Origin: Vibrio vulnificus CMCP6
GTDB taxonomy: Bacteria; Pseudomonadota; Gammaproteobacteria; Enterobacterales; Vibrionaceae
Length of the DNA stretch: 32,000 nt
Assembly (NCBI RefSeq): GCF_000039765.1
Contig: NC_004460.2
Coordinates: 1,440,001 to 1,472,000, forward strand
Direction of reading: 5' to 3'
Every line of letters begins with the position of its first letter. The stretch's first letter is position 1. A program made the translations under genes and the position numbers. A model generated the notes under the pieces. It did not search any database. It worked only from the letters and a program-made list of their open reading frames with translations, and was not told the DNA's origin. Positions 18,223 through 30,188 of this stretch are shown here, one piece after another.

Positions 18223-18240
18223 GGGGGAGCACGCTCCCCC
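18223..18240 (-). other. GC-rich intercistronic hairpin between mglB and mglA
   Basis: GGGGGAGCACGCTCCCCC, 11 nt downstream of the mglB stop. It is followed on the minus strand by a weak T-rich stretch. Likely an mRNA-stabilising or attenuating hairpin. Confidence 0.5.
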
Positions 18241-18250
18241 GGGCACTAAA

Positions 18251-19225
18251 TTAGTTCAAGGTATCTTTATCAACGCCAACATAAGGCACGCGAACAATTT
18301 TGTTCACGACTTGCCAGCGAGTGCCTTCAGCAGGCTGTTTGCCATCGGCGAGGTTGCGTGACAGTTCAAAGGTCGCTTTCGCTTGGGATTCCGCATCGTT
18401 GAGTACGGTACCCGCCATGTCGCCAGATTTGACCAGCGCCAAGGCTTCAGCTAGGGCATCAACACCGTACACAGGCAGTTTCACGCCCGCGCCGCGCAGT
18501 GCTTCTACCGCGCCCATCGCCATGCCGTCGTTGTTGGCAATCACCACTTCGATTTTGCTGCCGTTAGGGCCAGAGAGCCAAGCGTCCATTTTGTCTTTCG
18601 CCATCGCGGTATCCCACATGCCCGTATCCATGTGCAACTCTTCGGTTTTGATGCCGTTTTCATTGATGGTTTGCACAGAATACGTGGTGCGTGCTTCCGC
18701 ATCTGGGTGGCCAGGTTCGCCTTTTAGCATTACGTACTGCAGTACGCCATCGCCGTTTTTGTCCCATGCTGGGTTGGCTTTCCACGCTTGCGCGATGAGA
18801 TCACCCTGAATGATGCCCGATTCTTTTGAGTCGGTACCGACGTAGTACGCTTTGTCGTAGCTCGCGAGCGCTTGTGGGCTTGGTTCTTTGTTGTAGAACA
18901 CGATAGGCACATCGTCCATTTTCGCTTTTTGGATGATGGTTGGCGCGGCCGCAGGGTCAACCAGGTTAATGGCCAGCGCTTGCACACCACGAGCCAACAT
19001 GACGTCCACTTGGTCGTTTTGCATCGATTGGCTGTTTTGCGAATCGTTCATCAGAATGCGAGTGCTTTTGTCTGATGCCGCTTCTTTTTCAATCGCTTGG
19101 CGTACAACCGACATGAAGTTGTCGTCGTACTTGTAGATAGTAAATCCAAGGGTGGTATCCGCTAGAGCTTGTGTTCCAAAGCCTACACCAGCAGTGAGCA
19201 GAGCAAGTAGAGTAACCTTTCTCAT
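18251..19225 (-). CDS. mglB: Periplasmic D-galactose/D-glucose-binding protein
   Basis: The signal peptide is [22 protein letters not shown] and the mature sequence is MglB-like ([25 protein letters not shown]). I start at ATG 19225 rather than the track's 19282. Confidence 0.9.
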   Translation of the reverse strand: MRKVTLLALLTAGVGFGTQALADTTLGFTIYKYDDNFMSVVRQAIEKEAASDKSTRILMNDSQNSQSMQNDQVDVMLARGVQALAINLVDPAAAPTIIQKAKMDDVPIVFYNKEPSPQALASYDKAYYVGTDSKESGIIQGDLIAQAWKANPAWDKNGDGVLQYVMLKGEPGHPDAEARTTYSVQTINENGIKTEELHMDTGMWDTAMAKDKMDAWLSGPNGSKIEVVIANNDGMAMGAVEALRGAGVKLPVYGVDALAEALALVKSGDMAGTVLNDAESQAKATFELSRNLADGKQPAEGTRWQVVNKIVRVPYVGVDKDTLN

Positions 19226-19298
19226 AGAAAAATCCTGATTGTTTGTTATTGGTTTGCTGTAGGGGTAATTCGTTATCTGCAATTAATTTTATAATTGG

Positions 19299-19312
19299 TG
19301 AAAACGTTTACC
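19299..19312. promoter_or_regulatory. GalR/GalS-type operator upstream of mglB
   Basis: TGAAAACGTTTACC (minus-strand reading GGTAAACGTTTTCA), centred ~80 nt upstream of the mglB ATG. It belongs to the TGnAAnCGnTTnCA set in this window. Confidence 0.6.
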
Positions 19313-19480
19313 CTTTGAGTATAGTGACAAACGAATCAATTAATGTGAACTAGATAAAAATTTCACCAGATTTGTAATTGAATGTTAATGTTTGTAAGGG
19401 TTTTGTGATTTGAGTGTGGTTTTTTATCTTGCGTGTAAACGTTGGTCAGAAAGGTAATGATCGAGAGCAAAAAACACGCA

Positions 19481-19525
19481 CTAAAACGACAAAACCAAGC
19501 CTTAGACGTAAAATCAAAGGCTTGG
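19481..19525 (-). terminator. Probable rho-independent terminator after lacZ
   Basis: CCAAGCCTT / AAGGCTTGG form a 9-bp stem (19495-19503 / 19517-19525). On the minus strand it is followed by TTTTGTCGTTTTAG. Confidence 0.55.
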
Positions 19526-19583
19526 CTTATCGGGTTTGGCCTAGAGGGAAAGCCTAGTGGGAAAGCCTGGAGGCGAGCAAACG

Positions 19584-22721
<3,138 letters not shown>

Positions 22722-22772
22722 CTACGGAGTTTGAGTCCGAAGCGAGGGTGTCTTTGCTTTTGTTGTGAAGCG

Positions 22773-23648
22773 TTATTTTGCCAATTGCTTCACGAGATAA
22801 TCTTTTGCGTGGGTAAAGCCTTGCTCACCCGCTTGATTGGCAATTGCCGCCGCTTGTTTTACGTCGTTGTCTTTGAGCGCTGCATCGATTTGAACTTGGT
22901 ACAGTGTCCATTCGTCTTGTGCTTTAGGCGATGCAGCAGGGGATAACTCTGCTTTCGCGGTGTCGTTGGTTTGCGTGCCCAATTCCGCCAAAAGCGTTAA
23001 TACCGCGTTGTTGTCGGAGGCACTCGCCGTGACATCAATAACGCCAAAAGGTTGGAACTGCGCTGTGAGCGGAAGCTGTTTATTGCCAATGACGTTTTGC
23101 CTTTCTGCATAAACTTCTTTTGGGTGCTTGCGAGTCAATTCCATGCCAAGCATTGTCGAATCTGAAGCGATGACCACGTATTTCGCGCCATTAAGTGGTG
23201 GGTTCACCGTGATCACTTGTTCAACACGCTCTAAGCCGCGCATGCCCGTTGTGTGGTAGTTAAAGTCTTTCGCCGAATAATCCGATAGAAGCTGCCATTT
23301 CGCGTCGTAAATCATGATATTCGCAGCAAATAACGAATTGTTGTCAACATAAGAGCGAACGAGCAGTGAAAATGGCACGTCAGAAGTGATTTGGTAGCTC
23401 ATCACTGGAAGCGGTTGGGATGAAGCAGAATCTGAAGAAAGTAAAACCGCACTACTCAAGCTTGGCAGATTTGCATCCATAACCACCTGTTGGTGGAAAG
23501 GAATCGATAGGGCGGTCAGAGGCAAAGTATCTAACGTCGAGCAACATTGCGGATGGCTCAAATCGGTATTGAAAGTTTGCTCTGGTAATCCACTACACGC
23601 GCTAAGAGACAGAGCCATGAATAGAGTTGCTAGCGGTTTTAGTTTCAT
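22773..23648 (-). CDS. MalM-like periplasmic protein, here with a lipoprotein signal
   Basis: It lies directly downstream of a LamB-type porin, as malM does in E. coli. The C-terminal helical tail (IDAALKDNDVKQAAAIANQAGEQG) resembles the MalM tail as I recall it. It has a lipobox LSLSAC. I start at ATG 23648 (MKLKPL...). Confidence 0.65.
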   Translation of the reverse strand: MKLKPLATLFMALSLSACSGLPEQTFNTDLSHPQCCSTLDTLPLTALSIPFHQQVVMDANLPSLSSAVLLSSDSASSQPLPVMSYQITSDVPFSLLVRSYVDNNSLFAANIMIYDAKWQLLSDYSAKDFNYHTTGMRGLERVEQVITVNPPLNGAKYVVIASDSTMLGMELTRKHPKEVYAERQNVIGNKQLPLTAQFQPFGVIDVTASASDNNAVLTLLAELGTQTNDTAKAELSPAASPKAQDEWTLYQVQIDAALKDNDVKQAAAIANQAGEQGFTHAKDYLVKQLAK

Positions 23649-23664
23649 CTGCGTTGTCCTTTGT

Positions 23665-23687
23665 GGGGTGAGCGAGTTACTCACCCC
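23665..23687 (-). other. Intercistronic hairpin between the porin and malM-like genes
   Basis: GGGGTGAG-cgagtta-CTCACCCC, an 8-bp stem with no U-tract. It lies just upstream of the malM-like RBS (AAGGA). Confidence 0.45.
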
Positions 23688-23717
23688 GTTGGGTTCAAAA
23701 ATAGTTGCGGGATTGGG

Positions 23718-24959
23718 TTACCACCATGTTTCGACGTTGAAGCCAAAGGTGATTTCGTCAATGCTTTGTCCACCAGTGCTGCGAGCATGGCCGTAGACTT
23801 CGCCGCCACGGTTCCACTCGTCGGTTTTCTCTGAGTAGGTCGCGAACAAGCGCAGTGATGGACGAGCCCAAACGCCTTTGCCAGCTTGGAACATTTGCGC
23901 CACAGTCACTTTGTACATGTCGTTGGTACCAGCGCCGTTTTGTGCTTCTACTGATTCGTAGCCAACTTCAAGTGCGGTGGCCATGTAATCTGTCCAGCTG
24001 TACTGAGGACGAGCGCCTACACTGAACCATTTCTCACCTTCGTTGTTGTCCAGGTTTTTGTTTTGGTAAGCGATGGAGTACATCACTTGGAAATCTTCAT
24101 TCACGTTAAGATCGCCAGAGTTGAAGAGACGCCAGCTGTAACCATCGTGCTCTACGCCTGTGTTGTATTTACGGTTTGAGCCACCTTCAGCACTCATCAA
24201 ACCGCCTGCAAGCGCATCCGTACCGTATTGGAAAGCGAATGTGTTTGAACCATAGTTCCAAGCTTGACTGTAAAGTGCCGAAAGCATGGCACCAGAAGTG
24301 GTGATGTCACTGTCGTCATAGCTAGAGTTTTGCGTGAACACGTAGTTCAAACCGACCGTAAGGTCTGCACTGTCACTCAGTTCAATGCCGCTTAAACGTG
24401 CGTCGATGTTGTGTAAGCTGCGGCCATCTGCGCTGGAGTTTGGCGCCATCCATGCGATGTGACCTTTAGCAAAACCAAGATCCCAGTTTTCAATACCGAT
24501 ACCTGTGCTCGATGTATCCCAGTATTTAATGTCGATCATGTGCACTTCATGACGACGGTAAAAACGTTCGCCCGCCCAAACAGTGGCATCCGCTTGGTCT
24601 TCAAACAGGCCGTGACCCGCTGACCACATTTGGATCACGCTAACGTCACCCCAGCTTTCACCGCTACCAAGGTAAAGGGTGGTATCAAAGTACGCTTCAC
24701 CTTGTTGCCAAACATCAGCTTTCAAGCCTGCTTCCCACCAGTTCAGTTCGTTACCCAAACGGTAGTTACCATAACCTTGACCAGCACGAATTACATCGTT
24801 GCGTTCGCCTTTGCCACCATTGTGTTCATCGTTATCGGTGTAAATGTTGCCCCACTTGGCGTAGCCAAAGTAAGTGATGTTCTCCACTGCAGCCATACCA
24901 GCAATCGGTGCTAGGGCGAGGGTGAACCCAAGCGCTCTGACAAGCGTCTTTTGTTTCAT
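23718..24959 (-). CDS. LamB/maltoporin-family sugar-specific outer-membrane porin
   Basis: It has a signal peptide MKQKTLVRALGFTLALAPIAGMA and LamB family motifs (YRLGNE, WAGERFYRRHEVHMIDIKYWD), and ends in ...FGFNVETWW like LamB (..EIWW). Confidence 0.85.
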   Translation of the reverse strand: MKQKTLVRALGFTLALAPIAGMAAVENITYFGYAKWGNIYTDNDEHNGGKGERNDVIRAGQGYGNYRLGNELNWWEAGLKADVWQQGEAYFDTTLYLGSGESWGDVSVIQMWSAGHGLFEDQADATVWAGERFYRRHEVHMIDIKYWDTSSTGIGIENWDLGFAKGHIAWMAPNSSADGRSLHNIDARLSGIELSDSADLTVGLNYVFTQNSSYDDSDITTSGAMLSALYSQAWNYGSNTFAFQYGTDALAGGLMSAEGGSNRKYNTGVEHDGYSWRLFNSGDLNVNEDFQVMYSIAYQNKNLDNNEGEKWFSVGARPQYSWTDYMATALEVGYESVEAQNGAGTNDMYKVTVAQMFQAGKGVWARPSLRLFATYSEKTDEWNRGGEVYGHARSTGGQSIDEITFGFNVETWW

Positions 24960-25038
24960 GAAGTGTCTCCATTCTATTTTTATGGATTTATTTTTTATTG
25001 GTTTGAGTCCTAACTCGCTGCGCAGTGTAAATAAACTA

Positions 25039-25055
25039 TGGAAACGTTTTCATGA
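25039..25055. promoter_or_regulatory. GalR/GalS-type operator upstream of the porin operon
   Basis: TGGAAACGTTTTCA (plus TGA), centred ~86 nt upstream of the porin ATG. The 17-mer is identical to 25704-25720. Confidence 0.6.
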
Positions 25056-25703
25056 TGAGCTTGGCATTTTTGTCGTAATGAGGGGGTAATTACCATTTTG
25101 TGTGATTTTGATCTCTTAAATTGAGGTTTCAAGCGCGATTTCAGATTGATTTTAAACCATGCAGGTTGGGAGCGTTTACTTTGACTGGCGGAGTTTGGGT
25201 TGGGGTATTGGAGTTGATGTTGTTTAAGATGCTGATTTAAATTGGCTTTTAGCTAAGGAAAGGCAGTTGTTAGGAAGAAGAGGAAAGAGCGCCCAATTGA
25301 AATCAACTGGGCATGTGAGACAAGGAAGCACATACACCAAGTGGTTCGCGGGCGCACTGCACACGAGCATTTGCTGTATCGTCAAACTGGGATTTTGAGT
25401 TAGGACCCAAGAGAGACACTTCATAAAGAATCTCGAAGCCTCAAGAATACGGTTGTCGGCTAACCACTTCAAGAGGTGAGGAGTTTAACTGAATGGTCTG
25501 TAACCTTATTTATGATTTTGTTGTTGTAAGGCAATGAATTGAATGGTGAAAAAGTCCTTATAAATCAACTTTGTATTTGAGTTTTTGTGCAGGGCTTTAA
25601 AGAATTCAGTAACCAAAGAATCTGAAGTGTTTTGGCGCTGATCGCTGCGTAATATAAGAAGGAATATAGCGTAGCGGGCGATGGCACAAGTTTGAAAAAT
25701 GGC

Positions 25704-25720
25704 TGGAAACGTTTTCATGA
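25704..25720. promoter_or_regulatory. GalR/GalS-type operator upstream of the alpha-galactosidase gene
   Basis: TGGAAACGTTTTCA (plus TGA), centred ~83 nt upstream of ATG 25793. Confidence 0.6.
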
Positions 25721-25792
25721 TTTTGCAGTGGCTCACAGATTATTTTGTCCGTTTCATTATGATGCGGCGTAATTTCTCGTTTTTAGGTAAGC

Positions 25793-27913
25793 ATGATGAC
25801 GAACAAAACAGTGATTGAGTTAAGTGGTCGGGAAACTCAGTTGATGGTCGAGCTCGGCGAATACGCGGAGATTCTGCACTGGGGAAACAAGGTTCAGGGG
25901 GAGCTTGAAAGCGCTCGCGTTGCACTGCATCGTCCGGTGCCATATGGTCGCCTTGATACTGATGTTGCGATGACACTGCATCCTGAGCTTGGCCGCGGTG
26001 TGTTCAGTAGCCCCGGTGTGGAAGGGCATCGTGAAGGACAAGATTGGGCACCCGTGTTTGTCATCTCCCATGTTGAACACGGCCAAGGTTCCATCGTGAT
26101 TCAAAGCGAAGATGCGATCGCGGGCCTTCGCCTGACAACAGAGCTGACTCTGGATCAGCATGATGTGGTCAAAACGCGCCACACACTCACCAACATTGAA
26201 GCGGGCCTATACCAAGTGAACCGCTTGGCGAACACTTTGCCTTTGCCTGCCCGTGCGAACGAGTTGATGACCTATTACGGGCGCTGGGTTCACGAGTTTC
26301 AAACCGTGCGTCAACCTTTGCTTCAAGGGGGCTACCAACAAGAGAACCGCCGTGGACGCACTTCCCATGAACATTATCCCGCATTGGTTGCTGGCAGCGC
26401 GCATTTTGACGAAATGAGTGGCGATGTATGGGGATTCCATTTCGCATGGAGTGGCAATCACAGACTGCGTGTGGACGTGAAAGCTGACGGTCGCCGTTAT
26501 ATGCAAGCGGAGGTGATCTATCTTCCAGGTGAAGTGGCACTGAAAGAGGGCGAAAGCCTGACTACGCCGTGGTTGTACGCAAGTTACAGCTGCTCGGGTC
26601 TTAACGGCATGAGCCACCATTTCCACTCACACGTCCGTGATTCGATTTTGCCTGAGGATTTTGCGAACAAGCCTCGTCCGATCCACCTTAATACGTGGGA
26701 AGGCATCTACTTCGATCACGATCCAGAGTACATCATGTCAATGGTAACCCAATCGGCGGAGATGGGCGTTGAACGCTTTATCATTGATGACGGTTGGTTC
26801 AAAGGGCGCAATGGCGACAAAGCCGGGCTAGGGGACTGGTTCTTATGTGAAACCAAGTATCCGAATGGTTTGCAACCGATCGTCGAGCACGTCAACAAAC
26901 TGGGTATGGAGTTTGGTTTGTGGTTCGAACCAGAGATGATCAACAAAGATTCAGATTTGTATCGCACGCATCCTGATTGGTTATTGGCCGTTGAGGGTTA
27001 CGACCAGCCAACCGGTCGCAACCAGTATGTGATTAACCTGCAAAACGATGATGCGTTTAACTTCCTGTTTGAGCGGTTGGACCATTTCCTCTCGACTTAC
27101 AACATCGCTTACATCAAATGGGACATGAACCGTGAAGTGGTGCAGCCAGCGCATTTAGGCCAAGCGGCAGCGCACAATCAAACCCAACGTTACTACCAGT
27201 TAGTCGATAAAGTTCGTGAAAAGCACCCGAACGTCGAGATTGAATCTTGCGCGGCGGGCGGTGGCCGTATCGATTTTGAGGTACTGAAACGTACGCATCG
27301 ATTCTGGGCGTCAGACAACAATGACGCACTTGAGCGTCAAACCATTCAACGCGGCATGAGCTATTTTTTCCCGCCAGAGGTGATGGGCAGCCATATTGGT
27401 GCCAGCCATTGTCACAGCACGCGCCGTCGCCATAGCATCGAGTTCCGCGGGCTTACGGCACTGTTCGGCCATATGGGGATTGAGCTTGATCCTGTGAAAG
27501 AAGAGCAAGCGGAAAAAGAAGGTTTTGAGCGCTATATCAAGCTGCACAAAATGCTGCGGCCACTGCTGCACAGCGGCAGAACTTGGCGTGTACCAACCGA
27601 TGATAAAGCACATCAAATTCACGCGGTGGTGGCAAACGATCAATCGCAAGCGGTGGTGATGATTGCTCAGCTAGCGATGCCGACGAACTCTCTAAGTGGG
27701 CATTTGCGCATACCGGGTTTAGATCCACAAGCGATATATCGAGTGACGGTATTGGATAAACCGTCTAACTACGATGACATCGTGAATTACCAGCCGCCAT
27801 GGACTGAATCGGGCTGTGAACTGTCTGGCGCATGGTGTGAAGAAGTTGGCTTAACCATGCCAATTCTTGATGCAGAAAGTGCGATGTTGGTGACGTTCGA
27901 ACGTATTCACTAA
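25793..27913 (+). CDS. Alpha-galactosidase (GH36, RafA/AgaA-like)
   Basis: 706 aa with GH36 signatures (IDDGWF, YIKWDMNR, ESCAAGGGRID, WASDNNDALER). Confidence 0.9.
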   Translation: MMTNKTVIELSGRETQLMVELGEYAEILHWGNKVQGELESARVALHRPVPYGRLDTDVAMTLHPELGRGVFSSPGVEGHREGQDWAPVFVISHVEHGQGSIVIQSEDAIAGLRLTTELTLDQHDVVKTRHTLTNIEAGLYQVNRLANTLPLPARANELMTYYGRWVHEFQTVRQPLLQGGYQQENRRGRTSHEHYPALVAGSAHFDEMSGDVWGFHFAWSGNHRLRVDVKADGRRYMQAEVIYLPGEVALKEGESLTTPWLYASYSCSGLNGMSHHFHSHVRDSILPEDFANKPRPIHLNTWEGIYFDHDPEYIMSMVTQSAEMGVERFIIDDGWFKGRNGDKAGLGDWFLCETKYPNGLQPIVEHVNKLGMEFGLWFEPEMINKDSDLYRTHPDWLLAVEGYDQPTGRNQYVINLQNDDAFNFLFERLDHFLSTYNIAYIKWDMNREVVQPAHLGQAAAHNQTQRYYQLVDKVREKHPNVEIESCAAGGGRIDFEVLKRTHRFWASDNNDALERQTIQRGMSYFFPPEVMGSHIGASHCHSTRRRHSIEFRGLTALFGHMGIELDPVKEEQAEKEGFERYIKLHKMLRPLLHSGRTWRVPTDDKAHQIHAVVANDQSQAVVMIAQLAMPTNSLSGHLRIPGLDPQAIYRVTVLDKPSNYDDIVNYQPPWTESGCELSGAWCEEVGLTMPILDAESAMLVTFERIH

Positions 27914-27960
27914 GCCATTCCTATTTAGACGATTTTATCGTTTCTCATTGGTTTTCTATC

Positions 27961-27992
27961 GCCGTACAGACATCAGGTTTGTACGGCTTTTT
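27961..27992 (+). terminator. Rho-independent terminator after the alpha-galactosidase gene
   Basis: GCCGTACA-11 nt-TGTACGGC followed by TTTTT. Confidence 0.8.
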
Positions 27993-28015
27993 GCGTTGTT
28001 TTTTATTAGTGGGGG

Positions 28016-28029
28016 TGAAATCGTTTTCA
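28016..28029. promoter_or_regulatory. GalR/GalS-type operator (distal) upstream of melB
   Basis: TGAAATCGTTTTCA, with 6 of 7 symmetric positions. Confidence 0.55.
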
Positions 28030-28131
28030 TGCTTAACGAGCGTAAAGTGCTGATAAAATGGCGTAAATGACACAATCTCCTGGCATTAATAGGTCCAAAT
28101 ATTGTTCGATATCTCATTTTTAAAACTTGTC

Positions 28132-28145
28132 TGTAAACGTTTCCA
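28132..28145. promoter_or_regulatory. GalR/GalS-type operator (proximal) upstream of melB
   Basis: TGTAAACGTTTCCA differs at one position from the core of E. coli gal OE as I recall it (GTGTAAACGATTCCAC). Confidence 0.6.
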
Positions 28146-28276
28146 TAAAGCGGTTTTTGATCACAGTAAGGCATTCAGTGTGTGAGTAGCATTAGCATCG
28201 AAAACTAAATAAAAGACGTCGACGTTATGAATTCTAGTTAGGGGAATGAATAGCAGTACGACACTAAGGAATGATT

Positions 28277-29650
28277 ATGTCTGAAAAAATTACGCTACAA
28301 ACCAAACTGTCCTACGGTCTTGGTGCACTCGGTAAAGACTTTGCTTGTGCACCTATCTACATCTTCTTAATGTTCTACTTTACGGACGTGGCCGGCTTGT
28401 CTGCTGCTTTCGTGGGTACCATCTTCTTAGCCGCTCGTATTATCGATGCGATTACTGACCCAATGATGGGGGTGATCGTCGACAATACACGTTCTAAGTT
28501 CGGTAAGTTCCGTCCTTGGATTGTGATTGGCACGCTGTTAAATGCGATTGTCTTAGTTGGCCTTTTTAGTACGCACATGTTTGAAGGGACAACGCTTTAC
28601 ATCTACGCGGCCGCGGCTTACATCCTTTGGGGTTTAACTTACACCATTATGGATATTCCTTATTGGTCAATGATTCCTGCGCTATCAAGTTCTCGCCAAG
28701 AGCGCGAGAAGCTGGTGGTATGGCCACGTTTGTTCGCGAGCCTTGCATGGTTCATTACGGGGACTTACGGTCTGCACATTGTCGGCGAGCTGGGTAACGG
28801 CAACCAAGGCGACGGTTTCTTTAATGTTGCTATGTTGATTGCCGTTCTGTTTGTGATGAGCGCATTCTTGATTGCGCGTAACGTCAAAGAGAAAGCGGCG
28901 CCGGCAAACGCGAAACCCGCAGAGAAATTCAGCTTCAAAGATGTACTGACTATCATCGGTAAAAACGACCAGCTTAAAGCGCTAATCGGCACGGTTCTCT
29001 CTTTCCAAATTGCGAACCTATTGGTGGGTGGTTTTGCGATTTACTACTTCTCTTACGCGCTGGGTAACGCAGAGCTATTCCCAGTTTACATGGCGGTGGC
29101 AGGCGCGGCAGAAGTAGCGGGGGTGTTCTTGTTCCCTCGCATCGCTTCTCTACTACCACGTAAACTGCTGTGGCCTATCGCTTGTGGTTTCCCAATTCTA
29201 TCTTGTGTGCTTCTGCTACTGATGGGCTTTGTTGCGCCAGCTAACGCTCTGATGATTGGTATGGCGGGTGCGGCAATTAAGTTCGGTGTAGGTATCGCGA
29301 ACGCACTGCAAACGGTCATGCTGGCGGACGTTGTGGATTACGGTGAGCACAAAACCGGTCGTCGTAGCGAGAGTGTTATCTTCTCAGTACAAACCATGCT
29401 TGTGAAATTCGCAGGCGCAGCAGGTGGCTTCATTGTCGGTGTGGGCTTGTCGGTTGTCGGTTACGTCCCTAACGTAGAGCAATCGTCAAGCACCATCATG
29501 GGGCTTGAATTTATGATGATTGGTCTACCAGCCATCATGATGACCATCAGTGGTGTGATTTACCAACGCTACTACCATCTGCATGAAGGGTTTGATAAGT
29601 CTGCGGTTGAATCTGAGGTAAAAGGAACGGGTTCTTTGGCTCAAGCCTAA
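28277..29650 (+). CDS. melB: Melibiose:cation symporter (GPH family)
   Basis: Colinear with E. coli MelB as I recall it (KLSYGLGALGKDFA, DPMMGVIVDNTRSKFGKFRPW, MDIPYWSM, YVPNVEQS). ATG 28277 sits 6 nt after TAAGGA. ATG 28271 is the alternative start. Confidence 0.92.
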   Translation: MSEKITLQTKLSYGLGALGKDFACAPIYIFLMFYFTDVAGLSAAFVGTIFLAARIIDAITDPMMGVIVDNTRSKFGKFRPWIVIGTLLNAIVLVGLFSTHMFEGTTLYIYAAAAYILWGLTYTIMDIPYWSMIPALSSSRQEREKLVVWPRLFASLAWFITGTYGLHIVGELGNGNQGDGFFNVAMLIAVLFVMSAFLIARNVKEKAAPANAKPAEKFSFKDVLTIIGKNDQLKALIGTVLSFQIANLLVGGFAIYYFSYALGNAELFPVYMAVAGAAEVAGVFLFPRIASLLPRKLLWPIACGFPILSCVLLLLMGFVAPANALMIGMAGAAIKFGVGIANALQTVMLADVVDYGEHKTGRRSESVIFSVQTMLVKFAGAAGGFIVGVGLSVVGYVPNVEQSSSTIMGLEFMMIGLPAIMMTISGVIYQRYYHLHEGFDKSAVESEVKGTGSLAQA

Positions 29651-29661
29651 CCCGAACAAGT

Positions 29662-29688
29662 ATCAGTCTGGCGCAGCGCCAGACTGAT
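29662..29688 (+). other. Perfect 13-bp palindromic hairpin just after melB (terminator-like, no U-tract)
   Basis: ATCAGTCTGGCGC-a-GCGCCAGACTGAT, 12 nt after the melB stop. It is followed by GTCATTGCTTTG. Confidence 0.5.
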
Positions 29689-29763
29689 GTCATTGCTTTG
29701 CATTGATGATTCCGTGTTACCGTTAACGTTTTTATACTCACTTTGCTCAAATAGCCTCTTCGC

Positions 29764-29934
29764 TCGTCATCCTCGCGAACGCGGGGACCCATCGTACAGT
29801 GACTGCCTTGGCTCAGTGTTACGACTGTGTTTACGTGTTGCTGTCGGTTTGGTCTATGTTGCGGTAAGTGCACTGGCAAAAGCTTCATGCGGTGGACGCG
29901 GATGAATGGATTCCCGCGTGCGCGAGAATGACGA
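29764..29934. repeat. MITE-like element bounded by ~27-bp imperfect inverted repeats
   Basis: TCGTCATCCTCGCGAACGCGGGGACCC (29764-29790) versus the reverse complement of 29908-29934 (TCGTCATTCTCGCGCACGCGGGAATCC). Each arm contains its own small CGCG palindrome. The arms are separated by 117 nt. No coding capacity beyond spurious ORFs. Confidence 0.6.
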
Positions 29935-30188
29935 CAAGTGATGTGACTCGGTGTTATTGCATTGTCGTTGCTGCTGTCAGTTTGCGATTGCTCAAACAGT
30001 ACCGAGTTCACTTCCTTTTACGGGTTATCGTTCCACACCTAAGCACAGCTATTTAGTATCACTATTTGATACCAGTCGTGCCAAATTTCTAGTTCATCGA
30101 ATTTTAAGTTGTTATGGGGGATTCCGACACGTCACCATTTAATGTCTACTTTAAGTAGAAAGCAATATCAGACACATGGAATAATAGA

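Noticed and set aside
19541-19573. A tandem 13-mer, CTAGAGGGAAAGC / CTAGTGGGAAAGC, plus a partial third copy just downstream of the lacZ stop.
   Set aside because: At about 2.5 imperfect copies it is too short to call a functional repeat or a CRISPR-like array, and it has no spacer structure.
25101-25116. A CRP-like site, TGTGATTTTGATCTCT, upstream of the porin operon, together with weaker half-sites near the mglB and melB promoters.
   Set aside because: Only one half-site matches TGTGA-N6-TCACA. It cannot be supported without a matrix score or experimental data.
25007-25406. A 10-bp inverted repeat, GTCCTAACTC (25007-25016) / GAGTTAGGAC (25397-25406), within the long spacer.
   Set aside because: The arms are short and ~380 bp apart. 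A match of this length is plausible by chance in an 830-bp region.
25224-25736. ORFs 25224-25472(-) and 25506-25736(-) in the porin/alpha-galactosidase spacer.
   Set aside because: They have no SD and implausible sequences, and the second overlaps the operator/promoter of the alpha-galactosidase gene. I treat the region as non-coding (see the finding on the long spacer).
29547-30011. A 154-aa minus-strand ORF and a 72-aa plus-strand ORF spanning the inverted-repeat element.
   Set aside because: Their sequences (…RHSRARGNPF…, …RHPRERGDPS…) are simply translations of the GC-rich repeat arms. The first also overlaps the melB 3' end.
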